This document shows, one piece after another, positions 36,744 through 46,047 of a stretch of 64,000 nt of DNA. The notes beneath the pieces are model-generated. The model searched no databases. It saw nothing but the letters and a program-made list of their open reading frames with translations, and was not told the origin of the DNA. Source of the stretch: Cytophagaceae bacterium (GTDB lineage: Bacteria > Bacteroidota > Bacteroidia > Cytophagales > Spirosomataceae); NCBI GenBank assembly GCA_027486845.1, contig JAIXOL010000078.1, forward strand, positions 131,047-195,046, read 5' to 3'. Positions within the stretch are counted from its first letter, which is position 1. The number at the start of each line of letters is the position of its first letter. Made by a program: the position numbers and the translations under genes.

Positions 36744-38384
36744 ATGATAAAGTTTAGTGCAAATATTGTCAATGTGTTTGATGGGACGGTTTCTTATGGA
36801 ACATTGAGTATAGAAAATGGTAGAATCCATCAAATTTTTATTCTAGGAATAGAAAAAGAAGGTGAAAAATATATACTACCAGGCTTGGTAGATGCACATG
36901 TGCACGTTGAAAGCTCAATGCTTACACCTGCTCAATTTGCACGCTTGGCAGTTGTTCATGGTACTGTCGGTACAGTCTCTGATCCTCACGAAATCGCTAA
37001 TGTATTGGGAGTTAGGGGAGTTGAATATATGATAGAAGATGGAAGAAGAGTGCCATTTAAGTTTTGTTTTGGAGCTCCTTCGTGTGTGCCTGCCACAAGT
37101 TTTGAAACCGCTGGTGCAGAAATTACTGTTAAAGATATTGCTCATTTATTTACATATAAAGAGGTTGGCTATTTAGCCGAAATGATGAATTTCCCTGGGG
37201 TATTACACGATGACCCAATGGTGCTACAAAAAATTGCACTCGCTCAAGCGTTTAATAAGCCAATTGATGGTCATGCTCCAGGAGTTCGAGGTGCAGCAGC
37301 AAAGAAATATATCGAAGCTGGAATAGAAACCGACCATGAATGTTTCACAAAAGCAGAGGCCTTAGAAAAGCTCAAACTTGGAATGAAAATATTGATTCGA
37401 GAAGGAAGTGCTGCCAAAAATTTTGAAGAATTGATTCCACTAGCAGATGAATATTATGCCAAAATGATGTTTTGCTCCGATGATAAGCATCCAGATAATT
37501 TGGTTGAAGGGCATATTAATCTATTAGTAAAAAGAGCAATCTCTAAAGGAATTGATAGATTTAAAGTGTTACGCATGGCAACAATCAACCCGATTTTACA
37601 TTATAGAATGAATATTGGTTTGTTGAGAGAGGGCGACTGGGGCGATTTTATTGTTGTCGATAATTTAGAAGATTTTAATGTTGTAGAAACATATATCAAT
37701 GGACAAAAAGTTGCCGAAAATGGTGTATCTTTGATAGAAAACCTGCAAAGTGAGGTAATCAATAATTTCAATTGCGAACCAATTGAACCTAAACAAATTG
37801 AAATTGCTGCTCCTGAGAATGTAAAAAGCATGAGAGTGATACAAACCATCGATGGGCAATTGATTACAAATGAGATTTTTGTTGAGCCAAAGATAGAGAA
37901 TGGTTTGGTTGTAACCGATTTAGACAAAGATATTTTAAAAATTGTGGTGCTGAATCGTTATAAAACTTCTCCGCCAGTCATCGCATTTATCAATAATTAC
38001 GGATTGAAGGAAGGTGCAATTGCATCTTCAGTTGGACATGACTCTCACAATATTATTGCTGTGGGAGTGGATGATTTTTCTATTTGTGAGGCAATCAATT
38101 TAATCATTCGTGAGAAAGGCGGAGTTGCGGCTGTCAGTGATACTAAACGTGGAGTTCTTGGCTTGCCTGTGGCTGGTTTGATGAGTAGTGACGATGGATA
38201 TAAAGTAGCTGAAAGCTATACAAAAATTGAAAAATTTGTTAAAGAAAAACTTGGTAGTACCTTAATCTCTCCATTTATGAGTTTGTCATTTATGGCTTTA
38301 TTGGTTATTCCTACCTTAAAACTAAGTGATTTAGGCCTTTTTGACGGAGAAAAATTTGAGTTTGTTGATTTATTTGAAAAATAG
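36744..38384 (+). CDS. ade: Adenine deaminase
   Basis: 546-aa ORF. Motifs: GLVDAHVHVESSMLTP, SDPHEIANV, and the DGHAP and SDDKHP blocks typical of AdeC-type adenine deaminases. Confidence 0.9.
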   Translation: MIKFSANIVNVFDGTVSYGTLSIENGRIHQIFILGIEKEGEKYILPGLVDAHVHVESSMLTPAQFARLAVVHGTVGTVSDPHEIANVLGVRGVEYMIEDGRRVPFKFCFGAPSCVPATSFETAGAEITVKDIAHLFTYKEVGYLAEMMNFPGVLHDDPMVLQKIALAQAFNKPIDGHAPGVRGAAAKKYIEAGIETDHECFTKAEALEKLKLGMKILIREGSAAKNFEELIPLADEYYAKMMFCSDDKHPDNLVEGHINLLVKRAISKGIDRFKVLRMATINPILHYRMNIGLLREGDWGDFIVVDNLEDFNVVETYINGQKVAENGVSLIENLQSEVINNFNCEPIEPKQIEIAAPENVKSMRVIQTIDGQLITNEIFVEPKIENGLVVTDLDKDILKIVVLNRYKTSPPVIAFINNYGLKEGAIASSVGHDSHNIIAVGVDDFSICEAINLIIREKGGVAAVSDTKRGVLGLPVAGLMSSDDGYKVAESYTKIEKFVKEKLGSTLISPFMSLSFMALLVIPTLKLSDLGLFDGEKFEFVDLFEK

Positions 38385-38387
38385 AGG

Positions 38388-38421
38388 AAAGAGGTGAATT
38401 TCTAAAATGCACCTCTTTTTA
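38388..38421 (+). terminator. Rho-independent terminator of ade
   Basis: AGAGGTG-loop-CACCTCTTTTT, with the stem at 38390-38396 / 38410-38416. Confidence 0.65.
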
Positions 38422-38427
38422 CAATAG

Positions 38428-39375
38428 TTAAAAAGGAAGTTTTCCTAAATCTACGTTTCCTCCAGTCAGGATAATTCCTACTTTTTTGCCTGCAAATCTT
38501 TCTTTTTGTTTGAGTAGTGCTGCCAATGGTACTGCACATGAAGGTTCGATAACAATCTTCAAGCGTTCCCATATCAATCGCATGGCATCGATTATTTCAT
38601 CGTCATTTACTAGAATAATATCCTTAACGTACATTCTGGTAATTTCTAGCGTTTTATCACCCAGATTTGTCAGTAAACCATCAGCTATGGTTTTGATGTA
38701 TGGAGCTTGCTCAATTTTTCCGCTTTTAAATGATAAAATTGCATCTGCCGCACCTTCAGGTTCACCAGCAATTACTTCAGCATTAGGAAGAAGATAATGT
38801 GTTGCTAGAGCCGTTCCGCTTAAAAGTCCACCGCCACCGACTGGAACCATAATTACTTCCAAATTCGGTACTTCTGAAATCAATTCTACAGTTGCAGTCG
38901 CTTGTCCAGCGATTACATCATAATTATTGAATGGATGAACAAATGTTGCTCCTGTACGGTCAATCACTTGCTGGACCGTTGATTCACGAGCTTCCAGTGT
39001 TGGTTCGCATTCAATGATTTCTCCATCAAGGGCTTTAACCCCATTTTTTTTAATGATTGGAGCATTATTTGGCATTACAATGTAAGCTTTCGTTCCAACT
39101 GTTTTAGCTGCCAAAGCAATGGCTTGTGCGTGATTGCCAGATGAGTGTGTAGTGATACCTTTTTTCTGCTCTTCTTTTGTTAAAGACAAAACTGCATTCA
39201 TACCACCACGTGCCTTGAATGCTCCAATTTTTTGAAAGTTTTCACACTTAAAAAAAATCTCACAACCAGCAAGTTCATTGATACTGGTAGAGCTTAATAC
39301 TGGAGTTAGATGAATAAACGGTTTTATACGTTCATGAACTGCTTTGATATCTTCAAGGCTTGGAATCTGATTCAT
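38428..39375 (-). CDS. PLP-dependent threonine/serine dehydratase family enzyme (fold type II)
   Basis: 315-aa ORF. The PLP-lysine block reads FFKCENFQKIGAFKARGG. It also has the SSGNHAQA block and a glycine loop (VPVGGGGLLSG). Confidence 0.85.
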   Translation of the reverse strand: MNQIPSLEDIKAVHERIKPFIHLTPVLSSTSINELAGCEIFFKCENFQKIGAFKARGGMNAVLSLTKEEQKKGITTHSSGNHAQAIALAAKTVGTKAYIVMPNNAPIIKKNGVKALDGEIIECEPTLEARESTVQQVIDRTGATFVHPFNNYDVIAGQATATVELISEVPNLEVIMVPVGGGGLLSGTALATHYLLPNAEVIAGEPEGAADAILSFKSGKIEQAPYIKTIADGLLTNLGDKTLEITRMYVKDIILVNDDEIIDAMRLIWERLKIVIEPSCAVPLAALLKQKERFAGKKVGIILTGGNVDLGKLPF

Positions 39376-39409
39376 ATTTTATAGAAAGGTTTTCTTAATC
39401 TTTCAAAAT

Positions 39410-39850
39410 TTATCTTACGTAAAAAATAAAGTCGGTTGTTGGTAAAGTATCTACATGATCTTTAAGTAACAAAACAACTTGTCCTCTATGATGCGAGGCA
39501 TGCAAAGCCAAATGACTTAATATCTGCTTAATTATAGTTGTGTAATGTTGACCGTTCGAATTTTGATAGGCAATTAATTGGTCAAAATCTTGATTATCAA
39601 TTACTTTATTGATATCAGTATAGTTAATTTCCAATAATTCGAGCATGATTTCTGGATCAAAAACCTCCCAAACTTTAAGTTCGGTTTCATCTCCATTAAT
39701 ACGGTCGAGCCAAATTCGTTGGGTTGCAATCGTATGTGAAAAAATCTCGATTGCCCGTTGTTGGGTTTCTAAAGCACAAATCATACTTTCTAGTACTTGT
39801 AGATTTGCCCAATATTCATGCTTGAAAATTTGTTTAAAATATTCCTTCAT
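39410..39850 (-). CDS. DinB family protein
   Basis: The start is taken at MKEYFKQIFKHEYWAN. The spacing of the metal-binding His residues (...HTIATQRIW..., HLALHASHHRGQV) is typical of DinB/YfiT-like four-helix bundles. Confidence 0.7.
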   Translation of the reverse strand: MKEYFKQIFKHEYWANLQVLESMICALETQQRAIEIFSHTIATQRIWLDRINGDETELKVWEVFDPEIMLELLEINYTDINKVIDNQDFDQLIAYQNSNGQHYTTIIKQILSHLALHASHHRGQVVLLLKDHVDTLPTTDFIFYVR

Positions 39851-39884
39851 TAAAATTTTGATGCTATTTAGTAATAGGATAATA

Positions 39885-39974
39885 TTAATCGACAAATTTG
39901 CAAACAGCCCAATATCTTTCTATAAGCTTATTATCTTACTGTAAACTTGTCGACCATTGACCTTGGACTACTTA
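39885..39974 (+). repeat. Long copy of the dispersed intergenic repeat filling a whole intergenic spacer
   Basis: TTAATCGACAAATTTGCAAACAGCCCAATATCTTTCTATAAGCTTATTATCTTACTGTAAACTTGTCGACCATTGACCTTGGACTACTTA. It matches 58917-59008 over most of its length. TCGAC, TTGAC and TGGAC lie at 39950, 39957 and 39964. The last 3 nt are the stop codon of the kinase gene. Confidence 0.7.
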
Positions 39975-41519
39975 TCTTCTCAATTTTTCTACTTCGGCCA
40001 ATACTTCGGCAATACCTTTAAGTGGGATTTTTACCCAACTTGGTCGATAGTTTACTTCATAACCAATCTCATAAACGGCTTTTTCAAGTAAATGGAAAAG
40101 TAAAAGATAATTGATTTCGTTATTATCTTTAAAAAGAGGATGCGGACTCCCTAAAACAGAAAGGTATTCTTCGAGATAAGTATCTTTAATCAATCTATAC
40201 CAGCGGTCGGCGGCATTTTGTAAATGAACTTCATTAATTTCACTAGTTTCTGTCGAATTAAAAAGTTTTGCCGAAATAGCATAATGATAAGATCGAATCA
40301 TTCCTGCTACGTCTTTAAGTGGAGAATGTTTTATTTTACGCTCTGAAATTGTGCTTTCAGGCTCACCTTCAAAGTCAATAATTACCAAATCATTTTCTGT
40401 TACTAAAACTTGCCCTAAATGATAATCTCCATGAATTCGAGTACGGTATGACAAAAGAGGTCGAGTTAGTACTTGATCAATGAAATCTAGGATTAAATCT
40501 TTTGATTCCATGAATTTCCAAGCCAAATTCTGTGCTTGTTCGTCAAGACGCAAATAGTTATCGGTTAGTAATGTATATCTACGTTCAAGTAGATTTTCCA
40601 TTTTTTGGTGCAAAAATCTACGATATTGACGATCAAACGGTTCGGCATTGAATGAATCAGCACCACGAAGGGCAAAAAGAGATTTGTGCATTTCGGCAGT
40701 ACGATGGGCGAGCAAAGTAACTTTACTAAAAACCGATTCTTTAATCTGAAAATTTCCATCTACGAAAGCAAGCAAGAAATCATTCAAATAATCACCTGTC
40801 ATGCTCCAATCATCTTTTTCACTTTTGATAACTTCAACCATTACTGCAAAAGTTATTTCGCTCGTGTCAGCACGTTTCCAAGTGATACTACCTGCAAATC
40901 TTGGAATATTTCGAAAGTCAGAATGTTGAGTGATAAATTCTACCAATTCGGCTTCTGGATTGGTTTCTGTGAAAAGTTTCCGATAAAGTTTTAGAAAATA
41001 ATGACCGCCAAAAATCATCGCAGAATTTGAGGAATCAATATTTGGTAAAAATGACTCAACAACTTCTGATTCGGCAATAAATGCTTTTCCATTTAAGAAG
41101 ACGAGTTTGTCCTCATTGATTTGGTTAAAAGTTTTTTTATGATAAACGCTTGAAAATAAGGCATTTCTAAAATTTTCATCATAAATAGCGTCTAATAAAT
41201 ATCCAACTTTGTCTTCAAGGTTAGCTTTACTCAAAATACCCTTTGATGGAATTTCTTGTGTACCTTCTTCTACAAAAGATAAGGGTAAAAGATATAATTC
41301 GCTATCACCCTCTTTGTATTTCGACTCAAAAGTCATGAAAATAAATTCATCGAAGTGAACGACATCTTTTACTTTCAATTGCTTGATTTGGCGAGCTTTT
41401 CCGGCAAACCAACGGCATTGAGCAATGTATGTAGGTAAAATATTGTCTTCTAAAACAGTATGTATATATTTATCTTTTTCGAAACCTTCCCATTCAATTG
41501 CTAAAACCAATTCAGTCAT
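39972..41519 (-). CDS. Maltokinase-like (Mak/Pep2-type) kinase of the aminoglycoside-phosphotransferase fold
   Basis: 515-aa ORF with an N-terminal cap-like region (ILPTYIAQCRWFAGK). The catalytic block IHGDYHLGQVLV...IIDFEGEP is as in TreS-associated maltokinases. No treS or glgE is adjacent. Confidence 0.6.
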   Translation of the reverse strand: MTELVLAIEWEGFEKDKYIHTVLEDNILPTYIAQCRWFAGKARQIKQLKVKDVVHFDEFIFMTFESKYKEGDSELYLLPLSFVEEGTQEIPSKGILSKANLEDKVGYLLDAIYDENFRNALFSSVYHKKTFNQINEDKLVFLNGKAFIAESEVVESFLPNIDSSNSAMIFGGHYFLKLYRKLFTETNPEAELVEFITQHSDFRNIPRFAGSITWKRADTSEITFAVMVEVIKSEKDDWSMTGDYLNDFLLAFVDGNFQIKESVFSKVTLLAHRTAEMHKSLFALRGADSFNAEPFDRQYRRFLHQKMENLLERRYTLLTDNYLRLDEQAQNLAWKFMESKDLILDFIDQVLTRPLLSYRTRIHGDYHLGQVLVTENDLVIIDFEGEPESTISERKIKHSPLKDVAGMIRSYHYAISAKLFNSTETSEINEVHLQNAADRWYRLIKDTYLEEYLSVLGSPHPLFKDNNEINYLLLFHLLEKAVYEIGYEVNYRPSWVKIPLKGIAEVLAEVEKLRR

Positions 41520-41606
41520 CGTATTTTCGTTTTTTATTTAGGTTTCCGAAATTATGCACTCCCAACTGAATATGCAATGTTTTTGAGGTAAATGTTTGAG
41601 TAGGAA

Positions 41607-41648
41607 TAAAAAAGCCTTGAAATAAAAATATAAGTCAAGGCTTTTTTA
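41607..41648 (-). terminator. Terminator of dapF
   Basis: AAAAAAGCCTTGA-loop-TCAAGGCTTTTTT, symmetric, with a T-run on the minus strand. Confidence 0.7.
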
Positions 41649-41663
41649 AATTCACTAAATCGC

Positions 41664-42434
41664 TTACTTCCATATAATGCCATCAAAGACCTTAATAGCT
41701 GGCCCAATTAGATGAATATCAGTAAAGTCTTCATTAAATGAAACTTGAAGGTTCCCACCTTTAGTAATCACATTTATGGGGCTTTTCATGCTATGCCGCA
41801 TACAAGCCGATAGTACGGAAGCTGTAACACCAGTGCCGCATGAATAGGTTTCGTCTTCTACACCACGCTCATAAGTACGAACATAAATTGTATCATCACT
41901 CAGGATTTCTACAAAATTTACGTTTGTTCCTCCACGAGCCACCCATTCGGGCGAATATCTGATGTTTTTTCCTACTGAAAATACGTCAAAAGTCTCAATA
42001 TTAGTTACATATGCTACATAATGAGGTGAGCCAGTATTCATAAAATCGAAATCTTCGTGACGCTCAAGGCTGTGAACTTCGCCCATTTTTAGGGTAATTG
42101 CCTTTATATTAGCTTTGGCTGAATGTTCGCCATCGACTGCTATAAATTTAGTGTTTTCCTTAAAAATTCCTAAATCTTCGGCAAAACGAACGGTGCAACG
42201 ACCACCATTTCCGCACATACTTCCTTCGCGACCATCAGCATTATAATATACCATTCTGAAGTCATATTCAGTGTCATTTTGAAGCAAAATTAGTCCATCA
42301 GCACCAATTCCGAATCTACGGTGGCACAAATGTTCGATGTATTCCTGGCTTATAGGGAAAGAACCTTCTCTGTTATCAATCATGATAAAGTCGTTTCCTG
42401 TGCCTTGATACTTATAGAATTTTAAGTTGTTCAT
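41664..42434 (-). CDS. dapF: Diaminopimelate epimerase
   Basis: 256-aa ORF. Motifs: FYKYQGTGNDFIMID, NADGREGSMCGNGGRC and ETYSCGTG, which contain the two catalytic Cys. Confidence 0.9.
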   Translation of the reverse strand: MNNLKFYKYQGTGNDFIMIDNREGSFPISQEYIEHLCHRRFGIGADGLILLQNDTEYDFRMVYYNADGREGSMCGNGGRCTVRFAEDLGIFKENTKFIAVDGEHSAKANIKAITLKMGEVHSLERHEDFDFMNTGSPHYVAYVTNIETFDVFSVGKNIRYSPEWVARGGTNVNFVEILSDDTIYVRTYERGVEDETYSCGTGVTASVLSACMRHSMKSPINVITKGGNLQVSFNEDFTDIHLIGPAIKVFDGIIWK

Positions 42435-42683
42435 AGTCTTGTTTAGTGTTTTTATTGACTAATTTTGATGGTTGAATTTTGACTGTAGAAACTTCCAATT
42501 TGGACTTTTATACAAAATTTCTCAAATCTATATTATTTCGTAATTGAAATCTAAATTTTCAGCACATTCTGTAATTTAATGGAAGATTTCAGACCGGGTG
42601 TTACCCTTTAGAGAAGGCTTCCAGTAAAACTAAATTATTGAATTTTGATATAATTTAGTTGACAACTTTGGGAATTGGATATA

Positions 42684-42714
42684 AAAAAAGCCGCTCCAAT
42701 GGGGCGGCCTTTTC
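42684..42714 (-). terminator. Terminator of rplS
   Basis: The minus strand reads GGAAAAGGCCGCCCCATTGGAGCGGCTTTTTTT. Confidence 0.7.
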
Positions 42715-42808
42715 CTACACAAAATTATGAAAAAGCTATTACTTTTATCTTTAGACTATTTTGAAGGTAAAAAGTTTTATTCTTTAACAACTTTTTTTCA
42801 AAATGTTC

Positions 42809-43165
42809 TTATTTTTTCTTTAATTCTTTGATACGTGCTGCTTTACCTTGTTTTCCACGTAGGTAGAACAATCTTGCACGACGTACTTTTCCGTAACGTA
42901 CTACTTCGATTTTATCAACGCTTGGTGAAAGAATAGGGAAAATACGCTCTACGCCAACACCATTAGAGATTTTACGTACGGTAAAAGATTCTCCGTTTGT
43001 ACCAACATTACGACGTTGAATTACAGTTCCAGTGTAAACCTGAATACGCTCTTTATTTCCTTCAACAATTTTAACGTGAACGTTAATTGTATCTCCAGCC
43101 TTAAATTCAGGCTGTGTTTGTCTCTTGCCAGCAAATTCTGCTTCGACTAACTTAATCAAATCCAT
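42809..43165 (-). CDS. rplS: 50S ribosomal protein L19
   Basis: 118-aa ORF. Motifs: [29 protein letters not shown] and RRARLFYLR. Confidence 0.95.
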   Translation of the reverse strand: MDLIKLVEAEFAGKRQTQPEFKAGDTINVHVKIVEGNKERIQVYTGTVIQRRNVGTNGESFTVRKISNGVGVERIFPILSPSVDKIEVVRYGKVRRARLFYLRGKQGKAARIKELKKK

Positions 43166-43294
43166 TGGTTTGTTATTTACTTGATTATCAAATATTTATA
43201 CGGTTAGTGAAGCGGCTGAACCGTACAAAGCCCAGCATTCTCCTAAACGGATTGCAAAGTTAATGAATCTTGATCGTAAATCCCAATCTACAAA

Positions 43295-43328
43295 TAAAAA
43301 ATTCGGTTGTTATGTGAGTAATACCGAA
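43295..43328 (-). terminator. Probable terminator of the ars operon
   Basis: The minus strand reads TTCGGT-loop-ACCGAATTTTTT (stem 43302-43307 / 43323-43328). Confidence 0.45.
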
Positions 43329-43363
43329 ATTAAAAAAATAATAATTATGTTTAAGGTTTTTTG

Positions 43364-43798
43364 TCAAAGACCATTTTTGTCTATAAAATCTGCGATATAA
43401 TTTTTTATTAAATCACGCACCCTTGCAAATTCGGCTACGATTTCTTCTTCTGTACCAATAAATTTTGGTGGGTCAGGAAAATTATGGTGAAATTTTTGGC
43501 ATGACGAATCATTGGATTTTCCAATCCAAATTGGGCAATTTTCATGGGCGTTATCGCAGACAGTTAATACATAATCAAAGGTAATGTTTTCGTATTCTGC
43601 TACATTATTTGATGTATTCTGCGAAATATCAATACCATCCTGTTTCATGGTTTCGATGGCTCTTTGATTTACACCGTGAGTAGTGATTCCTGCACTGTAA
43701 ACCTTTACTTTTTGTTTATCGGTAAAATGCTCAAAATATCCATGTGCGATTTGACTTCGGCAACTGTTGCCAGTGCATAGAACTAAAATGTTGGTCAT
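43364..43798 (-). CDS. arsC: Arsenate reductase, LMW-PTPase (thioredoxin-coupled) type
   Basis: 144-aa ORF with the P-loop motif VLCTGNSCRSQ. The downstream Cys residues in the TVCDNAHENCP region fit the Cys10/82/89-type relay. Confidence 0.85.
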   Translation of the reverse strand: MTNILVLCTGNSCRSQIAHGYFEHFTDKQKVKVYSAGITTHGVNQRAIETMKQDGIDISQNTSNNVAEYENITFDYVLTVCDNAHENCPIWIGKSNDSSCQKFHHNFPDPPKFIGTEEEIVAEFARVRDLIKNYIADFIDKNGL

Positions 43799-43887
43799 TT
43801 TCTTTAATATATTTGTTTGTTTTGGCTTTTATTTTGGAGTCAATTTAAAATTAGATGGAACCCTCGTGAATGAGACTGTTTTACTTA

Positions 43888-44361
43888 TCAGCAACATCCG
43901 CCACCTGGCGTGCAGCTAGTTGCAGTACTTGTAGGTATTTGCGAAATATTTATTTTTAATTTTTCTGCAGGAATTCCGCAAGAATCTTGTGCCAAACAAT
44001 TAGTTTGTTTGTTGTGCAAAACAAAATCTTGTCCGTTGAAGTCTAATTCATACTTACCAATAGTTTCGGCTTGGTATTCTACTTCTATTTCGAGGTCTTC
44101 CATTCCCAAAACTTTTTCAGAAAGTGCAATTATATCAAGTAATTTCTTTGGTTTTAGTCGGTGGTCGGTGTCGTTGGCATTCCATAATTGGAAATTAGCA
44201 ACTTTTTCGTTGCGAACCGTTCCACCACAATCAATAAAGTGTTTGGTGATTACTCCAACTTCGGTTACATGAAAGTGTTCGGGAACTTGTGTGCCATTTT
44301 CGAGTTGAAAATTTACGCTATCTGCGGAATCTAAAATTTGTTTTACTTTTGAGAGTTTCAT
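43888..44361 (-). CDS. DUF6428-like protein of ars operons with a C-terminal Cys cluster
   Basis: 157-aa ORF located between arsR and arsC. Its C-terminus is SCTPGGGCC. The family name is from memory of Bacteroidota ars clusters. Confidence 0.55.
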   Translation of the reverse strand: MKLSKVKQILDSADSVNFQLENGTQVPEHFHVTEVGVITKHFIDCGGTVRNEKVANFQLWNANDTDHRLKPKKLLDIIALSEKVLGMEDLEIEVEYQAETIGKYELDFNGQDFVLHNKQTNCLAQDSCGIPAEKLKINISQIPTSTATSCTPGGGCC

Positions 44362-44382
44362 TGCTTTATTATTTTAGTTTGA

Positions 44383-44703
44383 TTAACAACACTTATTTTG
44401 AATGGGTAATATCGCTCCAAATAAACCTTGAATTTTATAAAAAACTGGCTCATTGATGCAGTAGCAAATGGCATTTCCTTCAATATTGCCTTTGATTATT
44501 CCCGCATTTTTTAGCTCTTTCAAATGCTGTGAAATAGTTGGTTGAGCCAATGGCAACTCATTGACAATGTCATTGCAAATACATACATTTACCTTTATTA
44601 AATACTCAATAATTGCCACACGAGCAGGATGGGCAATGGCTTTGGCGAGTATTGCTATCTCATTTTGATTTTCAGTAAAAAGGTCGGTTTTTGTAATTCC
44701 CAT
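44383..44703 (-). CDS. arsR: ArsR/SmtB family metalloregulator
   Basis: 106-aa ORF with a winged-HTH region (LAKAIAHPARVAIIEYL...VCICNDIVNELPLAQPTISQHLKELKNAGII). It contains the C-x-C metal site (CIC). Confidence 0.85.
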   Translation of the reverse strand: MGITKTDLFTENQNEIAILAKAIAHPARVAIIEYLIKVNVCICNDIVNELPLAQPTISQHLKELKNAGIIKGNIEGNAICYCINEPVFYKIQGLFGAILPIQNKCC

Positions 44704-44719
44704 TTAAAAATGTATTTAT

Positions 44720-44731
44720 ATATTGCAATAT
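44720..44731. promoter_or_regulatory. Perfect 12-bp palindrome, candidate ArsR operator
   Basis: ATATTGCAATAT lies 17-28 bp upstream of the arsR start codon (44703). Confidence 0.35.
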
Positions 44732-44745
44732 TACGATATAGTTTG

Positions 44746-44775
44746 CTTTAATAAAAGAGAAATCGTAAATTTCTC
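44746..44775 (-). terminator. Probable terminator of rlmF
   Basis: A GAGAAAT-CGTAA-ATTTCTC hairpin (44757-44775) is followed on the minus strand by TTTTATT. Confidence 0.45.
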
Positions 44776-44796
44776 CTAAGTTAAAAAAGGATTTAC

Positions 44797-45768
44797 TCAA
44801 AGTATAGCGTTCTTTGAGCAGCGTTCAGATTTATTCTTAAAAGTCCAAGCTACAATTCTACTAATCTTTTGTCCTTGAGCCATGTTTATAGTTTTTACTT
44901 CAACGGCATTTACTTTTTTTAGGTAATAATAGATATTGGGCAAGTGTTCTTTTTTTGAAATAAGACTTGTAAACCATGTAATTTGTTTACTAATTTCTTT
45001 GCTTTCAAAAATCATGTTTCTGACAAATGCCTCTTCGCCACCTTCGCACCAAAGCTCGGTATTTTGACCACCAAAATTAAGTTTGGTTTGATGCTTTATG
45101 CCTAAATTTTTAATCTTTCTTTGACTTCCAGCTACTGCTTCTTCTGCCGAGGTATGAAATGGCGGATTACAGATTGAAACATCAAAAAACTCATCGGGTT
45201 GCAGAATTTTGTTAAAAATATGCTTATTTGAAGGCTGTAATCTACATTCAATTTTTTCGGCCAAAACGTTGTTACTTTCTATGATGTATTGAGCAGATTT
45301 AATAGCAACAGCGTCAATATCAGTGCCAACAAAGTTCCAGTCGTATGCTTGCGAACCAATAATTGGATACACACAGTTTGCTCCGACACCAATGTCTAAA
45401 ACCTTGATTTTCTTGCCCGTAGGAATCTGATTTTTATTGTCATTGGCTAATAAATCTGCTATATAATGAATGTAATCAGCACGCCCAGGAATAGGTGGAC
45501 AAAGGTAATTTTTAGGAATATCCCAAAGAGAAATTTGATAGAAATGCTTTAGAATGGCACGATTGAGCGTTTTTACGGCATCAGGATTCGAAAAATCAAT
45601 GCTTTCGTTACCAAATTTATTGAAGCTAACAAATTTTTCTAAATCCAAATATGAACCAATTAAAGCCTTAAAATCATAGCGAAAGCGATGTGGATTTCGG
45701 GAATGAAGTTTAGATTTTTCGGTTAAATCTTTTGGTTTTTGCTCTATCGACTTTCCTTTTGCTTGCAT
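44797..45768 (-). CDS. rlmF: 23S rRNA (adenine1618-N6)-methyltransferase
   Basis: 323-aa ORF. Motifs: LHSRNPHR, VLDIGVGANCVYP and CNPPFH (the N6-adenine MTase motif IV), all typical of RlmF. Confidence 0.85.
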   Translation of the reverse strand: MQAKGKSIEQKPKDLTEKSKLHSRNPHRFRYDFKALIGSYLDLEKFVSFNKFGNESIDFSNPDAVKTLNRAILKHFYQISLWDIPKNYLCPPIPGRADYIHYIADLLANDNKNQIPTGKKIKVLDIGVGANCVYPIIGSQAYDWNFVGTDIDAVAIKSAQYIIESNNVLAEKIECRLQPSNKHIFNKILQPDEFFDVSICNPPFHTSAEEAVAGSQRKIKNLGIKHQTKLNFGGQNTELWCEGGEEAFVRNMIFESKEISKQITWFTSLISKKEHLPNIYYYLKKVNAVEVKTINMAQGQKISRIVAWTFKNKSERCSKNAIL

Positions 45769-46047
45769 ATACTCATTTTTTACAATGTACGGCTATAATT
45801 TGCAGAAAAAAAATAGCACACTCCCTAAAATAAAGGTGTGCTAAGTGTTGTTTAAACTAACACTAAACAAATGAATTTTCTAATTTAATCTTTTGATGAA
45901 TTGAGAAACGTCGATTCCGAAGAGTCAAATTTTGCTGCTTACTTACTTCATTGCTTTCAAATTGTCACAAATCAAACGACTTTCTGCGAATTTCCATAGT
46001 GTTGAAATATAGATATCATTAGAAGTTTTTACTTGAATCTTGTATTT

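Noticed and set aside
45817-45869. Two adjacent short hairpins (AGCACAC...GTGTGCT and TAGTGTT...AACACTA) in the spacer upstream of rlmF
   Set aside because: The stems are short (7 bp), there is no flanking promoter or terminator signature, and I saw no similarity to other parts of the window. This is insufficient to call an sRNA.
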